Assembly (NCBI GenBank): GCA_905235515.1
Contig: CAJOLV010000002.1
Coordinates: forward strand, 21,924-85,923
Length of the DNA: 64,000 bases
Source of the DNA: an uncultured Bacilli bacterium
GTDB lineage: Bacteria; Bacillota_I; Bacilli_A; RFN20; CAG-826
Direction of reading: 5' to 3'
The notes under the pieces were generated by a model. The model worked only from the letters and a program-made list of their open reading frames with translations. It was not told the DNA's origin and did not search any database. This document shows positions 57,495 to 64,000 of the stretch, piece after piece; within the stretch, counting starts at the first letter, position 1; every line of letters begins with the position of its first letter. Made by a program: the position numbers and the translations under genes.

Positions 57495-58346
57495 ATGAAA
57501 AAATATTTGAAACAACATTATAACGAAGAAAGAGCCCTTTTTTCTTCATGCGATATCCTCGTTGAGGAATGCAAATTCTCAGAGGGCGAATCACCATTAA
57601 AAGAAAGCAAAAATGTTGAAGTTAACAAATGCGTATTTCAATGGAAATACCCTCTTTGGTATTGTCAAAATGTCAAAGTGAAGGAAACAACTTTTGAAGA
57701 GACAGCGAGAAGTGGCATTTGGTATACCGAAAACATCTCTTTAGAAGATTGTAATATCTTAGCTCCTAAAACATTTAGAAGCGCAAAACATGTTTATTTA
57801 AAAACTGTGGAAATGCCTAATGCAAAAGAGTCATTCTGGGGTTGCCAAGACATTAGACTGATCTCGGTTAACGCCGAAGGTGATTATTTCGGCGCTCGAT
57901 CAGAGAAGATTGAAGTTGATAATCTTTGCCTAAAAGGCAATTACCTCTTTGATTCCTGCAAAGATGTCGTCGTGAGAAATTCCGTTTTAGAAAGTAAAGA
58001 TGCTTTCTGGAATTGTGAAAATGTCACCTTAGTCAATTGCACAATTATTGGTGAATATCTCGCTTGGAACACCAAAAACATCACTTTAATCAATTGCAAA
58101 ATTGAATCACATCAAGGCCTTTGCTATATCGATGGCTTAAAGATGTACAATTGTGAAGTTAATAATTCAGACTTAATCTTAGAATATTCAAAGAACATTG
58201 ATGCTGACATTATCAGCGAAGTTGATTCGATTAAAAACCCATATAGCGGTAATATCATTGTTAAAGATGTTAAAGATTTAATCTTAGACCGTAAATATAT
58301 CGATCCTGCCAAGGTTAAAGTATATACTTCTCATCGTTATTATTAA
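57495..58346 (+). CDS. DUF3737-like right-handed beta-helix repeat protein
   Basis: Repeated about 22-aa units of the N(C)xxVxVxNCxF type, with an ERALF N-terminus. Confidence 0.55.
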   Translation: MKKYLKQHYNEERALFSSCDILVEECKFSEGESPLKESKNVEVNKCVFQWKYPLWYCQNVKVKETTFEETARSGIWYTENISLEDCNILAPKTFRSAKHVYLKTVEMPNAKESFWGCQDIRLISVNAEGDYFGARSEKIEVDNLCLKGNYLFDSCKDVVVRNSVLESKDAFWNCENVTLVNCTIIGEYLAWNTKNITLINCKIESHQGLCYIDGLKMYNCEVNNSDLILEYSKNIDADIISEVDSIKNPYSGNIIVKDVKDLILDRKYIDPAKVKVYTSHRYY

Positions 58347-58349
58347 TAT

Positions 58350-59498
58350 ATGAAATTCAATTTTGACGTTTTAGCCAAAAGGAAAAACACCAATAGTGTT
58401 AAATATGATGAATATAATTCATGTCTCCCTATGTGGGTTGCAGACATGGATTTTCTTTTAGCGCCAGCCATTAAAAACGCGATTCAAAAAGACCTCGATA
58501 TCGGTGCGATTGGTTATTCGATGCTTCCTGATGCTTATTTTGAAGCTTTTGTGAATCTTTATCATCGTCGTTATAATACGAACTTCACCAAAGGTGATAT
58601 GGCTTATGTCAGCGGTGTTGTCGCAGCGATTGACTCCATCTTAAAACAAATGTGCGAAAAAGGTGACAATGTCGTGATGTTATCACCGATTTATCATACT
58701 TTTTATCACTGCATTGAGAATCTTGGATTCCGTCCTTTGACATCGGATATGAAATATAATGGCGAACAATACGAGATTAATTATCAAGATTTAGAAGAAA
58801 AACTGTCTAATTCGAGAAGTAAGGTCTTTATCTTATGTAATCCACATAATCCAATGGGGAGAATATTCTTAAAAGAAGAATTAGAAAAGATTGAAGAATT
58901 ATGTTTAAAACATAATGTTCTCATCATTTCTGATGAAATACATGGTTTATTAACTAATCCAGGAGTGAAATATATCCCATTTAGTAATGCGGCAAAATCT
59001 GATAATTATATTATGTGTTTAGCGACATCAAAAGCCTTTAATCTTGCTGGGTTACAATCCGCCGCGATAGTGTGCAAAAACAAAGAACTCAGAGAGAAAA
59101 TACAAGAAGCTTTCTATCGAGATGACATTGGTGAACCAAATTACTTTGCAGTCAATGCAAATATTGCAGCGTTAAACGATAGTGAAGATTGGCTAGATGA
59201 ATTAAACGAATACATCTATCAAAATAAAATATATTTTAAAAAATATATCGAGGAGCAGATCCCACAAATACGTGTTATCATGTCAGATGCGACATATATG
59301 ATGTGGGTCGATTGTCGTAAGGTTACTAATGATAGCAAAGCTTTCATAGAACAATTGGATCAAAAAACAGGATTAAGAGTGTGCCCAGGTATTCAATTTG
59401 GTCAATGTGGTGAAGGATTCTTTAGAATCAATCTTGCCACCTCATTAGCAAATGTTAAATTGGCCGCTCAAAAATTAGTGGAATTCGTTAAGGGTTAG
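58350..59498 (+). CDS. PatB/MalY-type PLP-dependent C-S lyase (aminotransferase class I/II fold)
   Basis: AAT-like fold with the PLP-Lys region SKAFNLAGLQSA and a MalY/PatB-type N-terminus. Confidence 0.8.
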   Translation: MKFNFDVLAKRKNTNSVKYDEYNSCLPMWVADMDFLLAPAIKNAIQKDLDIGAIGYSMLPDAYFEAFVNLYHRRYNTNFTKGDMAYVSGVVAAIDSILKQMCEKGDNVVMLSPIYHTFYHCIENLGFRPLTSDMKYNGEQYEINYQDLEEKLSNSRSKVFILCNPHNPMGRIFLKEELEKIEELCLKHNVLIISDEIHGLLTNPGVKYIPFSNAAKSDNYIMCLATSKAFNLAGLQSAAIVCKNKELREKIQEAFYRDDIGEPNYFAVNANIAALNDSEDWLDELNEYIYQNKIYFKKYIEEQIPQIRVIMSDATYMMWVDCRKVTNDSKAFIEQLDQKTGLRVCPGIQFGQCGEGFFRINLATSLANVKLAAQKLVEFVKG

Positions 59499-59499
59499 C

Positions 59500-59718
59500 A
59501 TGTGTTTCTTTAAGAAAAAGACCACAGTAGTGGAAACTAAGTATAAAAAGGAAGATCCAGTCTCCTTTATCTACAATGGAGATGAATATATCGGATGGAT
59601 TTATAAAGTTTATCCAAAGGATAATTGTGAGACAATCTATGATTGCCAAATCGGTGGACAATGTCCAGCGATTGCAAAAGGGATAAAGGAAAAAGACATT
59701 AGCCCTAGAAAAGAATAA
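59500..59718 (+). CDS. Small hypothetical protein (72 aa, 4 Cys)
   Basis: ORF starts 2 nt after the patB stop, behind AAGGG. I recognise no family. Confidence 0.4.
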   Translation: MCFFKKKTTVVETKYKKEDPVSFIYNGDEYIGWIYKVYPKDNCETIYDCQIGGQCPAIAKGIKEKDISPRKE

Positions 59719-59761
59719 AAACAATAATTATTATAATAATGATTGATGGAGGAAAATAGTT

Positions 59762-60190
59762 ATGGCAAACTGGTCAAAATCATTCGAAACATATTTAAAA
59801 TTAAATGAGAGACAACGCTTAGGAATTGGACATAAATCCAATGAAATCTTAGAAAAAGAGTTTGAAAAGCTCACTGAAGAAGATATTCTTCGCCCAACAC
59901 TCTACTTATTAGCGATTGCTCCATTTGCATCAGAGGAAGAAGAACTCAGCAAAAAAGAGTTTGATTTTATCAAACAAGTAATTGGATATAAAGATGGATA
60001 TGATAAATATCTCGATTTAGTGAAAAAGGGCAAGAATGAAAAGCTTGCCAAGTTCTTTCAAGCCTATTTTAAGAAACTTGATGGTGACATCTTCACAGCC
60101 TATTTATCTCTTGGTTTAGCTATCTTAACAATTAAGGGCGAACAAAGAGAAGAAGATGTCGAATTACTCGTAAAAATCTACGAACAATAA
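59762..60190 (+). CDS. Hypothetical helical protein (142 aa; possibly TerB-like repeats)
   Basis: GGAGG SD. Two helical repeats with a hydrophobic-then-EEE pattern. Confidence 0.5.
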   Translation: MANWSKSFETYLKLNERQRLGIGHKSNEILEKEFEKLTEEDILRPTLYLLAIAPFASEEEELSKKEFDFIKQVIGYKDGYDKYLDLVKKGKNEKLAKFFQAYFKKLDGDIFTAYLSLGLAILTIKGEQREEDVELLVKIYEQ

Positions 60191-60258
60191 AACTACTAAC
60201 TAAGAAAGTTAACTTTGTTAAAGTAAACTAAAAAACTACTAAATATCTACTAATTTAT

Positions 60259-61164
60259 ATGGACTCATTAAAGAGCTTAATGGACAAAAGACAATACGAA
60301 TTAGTGCTTAAACTCACGGAAAATTCGATTGATCCAACATACTTGTTTTATCGCATCAGCGCACTTCTTGCGCTAGGGCGAGCTCAAGAATCTTTAAAGT
60401 GTATTGAAGATAACCGTGTTCTCTTACAAAAGGAATTATCCGTTTTGATTAAAGTCCATATCGAAATCTTATGCCTTTTAGGCATGTTTGACAAAGCTTA
60501 TGAGGAAATGAAATATTATCAAAATCTCCCTTATGCTTCTCAAGTCGTGGAAGAATTATTAGCAAAACTTCCAGAATATATTCGCGCTGAAGAGAAGAAG
60601 GCTTATTCAAGTCGAGAAATGGATGAACGCCAAATTAAAAATTTGACCCGTTCAAAAGATTTAAATGACGTCATTTTTGCTTTAGACCTTATTAAAGAAA
60701 GAGATGTTAATAAATTTCTTGATGATGTTAAATGGTTAATGGTAAACCATCAAAGCCAATCCATTCGTTCTTTCTCGTTGTTTGTCTTGGTGCAAAAGAA
60801 AGTCAGTGGAGTGTTTGATTTCAAACACATTGATAAAATTATCCAAGTTGAGCCAGCTAATTTGAAACCTCCATTTATGGGAGATTGGTTTAATGGCTTA
60901 GTGAAGAAGTTATCAATTGAATTAAATGATCCTTCAGTTAGTGAAAACGCTATTCAGATTCTTTCTTCTCATTTAATGTTTATTTATCCAGATGAGATTA
61001 ATTATAGTGACGAAGAAATTATTGAGGCTCTCTATCAAATATCAAGTGCATATTTGCAAAGCAACAAAGATAATTTAGAAGACCGAAGCGCTTTGAAAAA
61101 TCTTTCTGTTGAAAGAGTACAAAAACTGATGGATGAGATTAACTTCTCTTTAGAGAATTTCTAA
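60259..61164 (+). CDS. Hypothetical protein (301 aa)
   Basis: Long ORF with plausible codon usage. I recognise no family. Confidence 0.5.
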   Translation: MDSLKSLMDKRQYELVLKLTENSIDPTYLFYRISALLALGRAQESLKCIEDNRVLLQKELSVLIKVHIEILCLLGMFDKAYEEMKYYQNLPYASQVVEELLAKLPEYIRAEEKKAYSSREMDERQIKNLTRSKDLNDVIFALDLIKERDVNKFLDDVKWLMVNHQSQSIRSFSLFVLVQKKVSGVFDFKHIDKIIQVEPANLKPPFMGDWFNGLVKKLSIELNDPSVSENAIQILSSHLMFIYPDEINYSDEEIIEALYQISSAYLQSNKDNLEDRSALKNLSVERVQKLMDEINFSLENF

Positions 61165-61177
61165 AAACTAGCGATTG

Positions 61178-61212
61178 AAACACTGTTTGAAACAAAAAAA
61201 TAGTGTTTTTTT
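61178..61212 (+). terminator. Putative terminator upstream of tig
   Basis: AAACACT-(17-nt loop)-AGTGTTT followed by TTTTTTC. The large loop makes it weaker than the others. Confidence 0.4.
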
Positions 61213-61271
61213 CTTGCTCGTCTATGCGCTTATATGTAAAATATAAAACGCACATGTTTGGAGGTATATAC

Positions 61272-62546
61272 ATGGAAAGAAAATTAACCAAATTAGAACA
61301 CTCCCATACTGAAGTCCTCGTTACAGTCGATGAAAAGACTTGGAAGGACGCTCAAGCAAAAGCTTTAGAAAAAGCTTGCGCCAACGTCAAAGTCGATGGC
61401 TTCCGTCCAGGAAAAGCTCCGCTTGAATTAGCGAAGAAAAAAGTCGATCAAATGAAAGTATTAGATGACGCAATCAATAGCTTATTACCAGTTATGTATC
61501 GCGAAATCGTTGAACAAGATGGTGTTAAGCCATACGCTAGACCATCCGTTGATGTTACAAAATTAAGTGACACAGAATTAGAAGTTAAATTTTTAATCAC
61601 AACTGCACCTGAAGTTAAATTGGGTGCTTATAAAGGCTTAAAAGTCGGCCATGGAGACACAAAAGTATCTGATGCTGATGTTGATAGCGCGATTGCTAGT
61701 TTATTAGCTAATAACGCCTCTTTAGTATTAAAAGAAGGCGAAGCCAAAGAAGGTGACACAGTTGTCATGGACTTCTTAGGCAAAATTGATGGCGTTCCAT
61801 TCGATGGTGGCGCTGGTCAAAACTACGAATTAGAATTAGGTTCTCATTCCTTCATTCCTGGTTTTGAAGAACAATTAGTTGGCCATAAAGCTGGTGAACA
61901 CGTTGATGTTAACGTGACATTCCCAGAAAACTATGTCGAAAATTTAAAAGGCAAAGCTGCAGTGTTTGAATGTGACATTCACGAAGTGAAAGAAAAGAAA
62001 CTTCCCGAATTAAACGATGAGTTCGTCAAAGAATTAAAAATTCAAGGTGTGGAAACCGTTGAACAATTAAAAGAAAACAAACGCGCTGAAGTTCAACGTA
62101 ATAAAGAGCAAGAAGAAAGAAGAAATTATGTCGGTAAATTACTTGACGAAATCGTTAAAGGCTCCGAATTAGATATCGCTGAAGAAATCATTAATAGCCA
62201 AATCGAATCCCGTAAAGAAGATATGGAAAAGAGAATGGCTCAATCCGGCTTAAACCTCAAACAATATCTCGAAATCATCGGTCAAACCGAAGAACAATTC
62301 AATGAACAATTAAAGAAAGATTGCCAAGCTGATGTCGCTAAATTTGTTATCATCGAAGAAATCGGCAAAGCCGAAAAATTCGAAGTTAACGAATCCGACG
62401 TGGAATTTGAATTAGCGAAACTTGCTGATCAATACAACATGAAACTTGAAGATGTTAGAAAAGCAATCGCTAATCAATTAGATCAATTTAAGAACGAGAT
62501 TCTCAGTAAGAGAATTGAAGACTTCTTAGTCAACAATAACGAATAA
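61272..62546 (+). CDS. tig: Trigger factor
   Basis: MERKLTKLEHSHTEVLVTVDEK... with the PPIase domain GFRPGKAP. GGAGG SD. Confidence 0.9.
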   Translation: MERKLTKLEHSHTEVLVTVDEKTWKDAQAKALEKACANVKVDGFRPGKAPLELAKKKVDQMKVLDDAINSLLPVMYREIVEQDGVKPYARPSVDVTKLSDTELEVKFLITTAPEVKLGAYKGLKVGHGDTKVSDADVDSAIASLLANNASLVLKEGEAKEGDTVVMDFLGKIDGVPFDGGAGQNYELELGSHSFIPGFEEQLVGHKAGEHVDVNVTFPENYVENLKGKAAVFECDIHEVKEKKLPELNDEFVKELKIQGVETVEQLKENKRAEVQRNKEQEERRNYVGKLLDEIVKGSELDIAEEIINSQIESRKEDMEKRMAQSGLNLKQYLEIIGQTEEQFNEQLKKDCQADVAKFVIIEEIGKAEKFEVNESDVEFELAKLADQYNMKLEDVRKAIANQLDQFKNEILSKRIEDFLVNNNE

Positions 62547-62571
62547 TTAAACATTAAAAGGAGGTCTACTT

Positions 62572-64000
62572 ATGCCAAATAAACCTCAAAAACTAACATT
62601 ACCTTTACTCATTACTCGTGGAGCAATCGTCTTTCCTGGCACACAAAGTTCTTTAGACGCCGGCAGAGAATTCTCTGTCAATTGCGTTGATGCCGGAAGA
62701 AGTCAAACTGACTCCCTCATTTTTGTCACATCACAAATTGATGAAGATGTCGATAACCCAACCGAGAATGATATTTACAAAATTGGCACTTTGTGCCATA
62801 TCTTAACTGTTTCCAGCCGTGATGGATATTATCGTGTCCGTCTTGAAGGTGTGGAAAGAGTAGAATTAAGTTCAGTCAAATATGATGAGACAGGCAAAAT
62901 ATTTGTCGCCGAGGGGAGCGTTTTAGCGATTCCTCCAATCGATGATGAGAAAAACGAAGAAATCATTAGACAAATCAAACGCAATATCGATGAATATCCA
63001 GATATCGTTGCCAAAATGCCTAAGACAATCTCAAATCTCATCGCTCGCACTCGTAGCGCTCAAATCGTTTGCTATTCCATCGCTAGTTTTACTGATGCGC
63101 CTATAAAAACCAAACAAGCTTTGCTTGAATCTAACGATTATAGTGAATTATTAGAATACGCTAAGATTCTTTTAAAAGGTGAACAACAAAAGACGGAAAT
63201 CGACCGTGGCATCCAAGACACAGTGAGAGAATCCGCTGAGAAATCACAAAGAGAATATTTCTTAAGAGAAAAATTGAAAGCAATTAAGAAAGAACTCGGT
63301 GAAGACACTGGTGATAACAATTCTCCTGATGCGATTTTAGAGAGATTAGAAAATAATCCATACCCAGAACATATCAAAAAGAAAGTCAAATCTGAACTTA
63401 AAAAGTTCGATATGATGCCAGGTGGTTCTTTAGAAGGTGCTTTAATTCAAAGTTATCTCGATGTCATTATGAATGTTCCATGGTGGCAAAAAACAGAAGA
63501 TAATGATGATTTAAAGAATGTTGAAAAAATCTTAGACGAAGATCATTATGGCCTTGAAGATCCAAAGAAGAGAATTGTTGAATATTTAGCAGTCAAAAAA
63601 TTGACAGGTAACTTAAAAAGCCCCATTCTCTGTTTCTATGGTCCTCCGGGAACTGGTAAAACCAGTTTAGGTAAATCTATCGCCCGTGCTTTAGGAAGGA
63701 AATTCTTTAAAGCCTCTTTAGGTGGCATCTCTGATGAAGCCGAGATTAGGGGTCATAGAAGAACTTATGTTGGCTCCTTACCAGGCAGAATCATTCAAGG
63801 AATGAGAAAAGCAGGCGTTACTAACCCAGTCTTCTTGCTTGATGAAATTGATAAATTAGCGAGCTCTTATAAAGGTGATCCAGCTAGTGCGCTTTTGGAA
63901 GTTCTTGACCCAGAACAAAATTATCAATTCAATGATAACTATCTGGAAGAACCATATGATTTAAGCGATGTGCTCTTTATCTGCACTGCAAACTACTTAG
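62572..64000 (+). CDS. lon: ATP-dependent Lon protease (3' end lies outside the window)
   Basis: Lon N-terminal domain followed by AAA+ GPPGTGKTS Walker A. AAAGGAGG SD. The frame is open to the window end. Confidence 0.9.
   Translation, partial: MPNKPQKLTLPLLITRGAIVFPGTQSSLDAGREFSVNCVDAGRSQTDSLIFVTSQIDEDVDNPTENDIYKIGTLCHILTVSSRDGYYRVRLEGVERVELSSVKYDETGKIFVAEGSVLAIPPIDDEKNEEIIRQIKRNIDEYPDIVAKMPKTISNLIARTRSAQIVCYSIASFTDAPIKTKQALLESNDYSELLEYAKILLKGEQQKTEIDRGIQDTVRESAEKSQREYFLREKLKAIKKELGEDTGDNNSPDAILERLENNPYPEHIKKKVKSELKKFDMMPGGSLEGALIQSYLDVIMNVPWWQKTEDNDDLKNVEKILDEDHYGLEDPKKRIVEYLAVKKLTGNLKSPILCFYGPPGTGKTSLGKSIARALGRKFFKASLGGISDEAEIRGHRRTYVGSLPGRIIQGMRKAGVTNPVFLLDEIDKLASSYKGDPASALLEVLDPEQNYQFNDNYLEEPYDLSDVLFICTANYL

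Noticed and set aside
1-64000. Search for rRNA, tRNA, CRISPR arrays, IS elements, integrases and phage genes.
   Set aside because: I found no cloverleaf-like GC-rich 75-90-nt segments, no regularly spaced direct repeats, and no transposase, integrase or phage-structural ORFs. Apart from the terminator hairpins, the only small direct repeats are noted in the findings.

Overview
This window is a chromosomal, mostly housekeeping region from an AT-rich (roughly one-third GC), standard-genetic-code Firmicute. Gene order is Bacilli/Erysipelotrichia-like, and the flavodiiron protein, rubredoxins and HemW suggest an anaerobe. Nearly all long ORFs are on the + strand. Read left to right the window contains: the 3' end of glgP; a dimeric dUTPase-like gene; a TudS/DUF523-like gene; ygjP-like and trmH-like genes; a csoR-copA copper module with an operator-like palindrome; recN with an upstream GNAT gene; flavodoxin, a four-domain flavodiiron protein and a small rubredoxin missed by the ORF track; HAD and Sel1 genes; a GC-richer polytopic membrane protein with a BspA-type LRR tail; a MacB-like fused ABC transporter; the canonical rimP-nusA-ylxR-infB-rbfA-truB-ribF-rpsO-pnp cluster followed directly by RNase J and ftsK; a cytoplasmic pullulanase; rsmF-like; pdp; a frameshifted rarA; dtd-mnmA; a T-box leader plus alaS; ruvX-DUF1292; greA; comEA-comEC; holA; rpsT; a standalone adenylation-carrier-protein enzyme with a yfcE phosphoesterase; fmt; a Cas4-like nuclease fused to an Fe-S XPD/DinG-type helicase; lepA; a three-gene insertion (degenerate Fic-like protein, small TM protein, unknown) translationally coupled to hemW; a DUF3737 beta-helix protein plus a PatB/MalY C-S lyase; three uncharacterised small genes; tig; and the 5' part of lon. 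I found no rRNA, tRNA, CRISPR, IS or prophage signatures. Where I refined start codons I worked from the ORF-track anchors. Hand-derived intergenic coordinates are approximate to a few nt, because my manual indexing disagreed with ORF-track anchors by 1 nt in at least one place. The candidates I think most deserve follow-up are the standalone adenylation-carrier-protein enzyme, the Fic-like insertion between lepA and hemW, the Cas4-like nuclease/XPD-type helicase fusion, and the LRR-tailed membrane protein.
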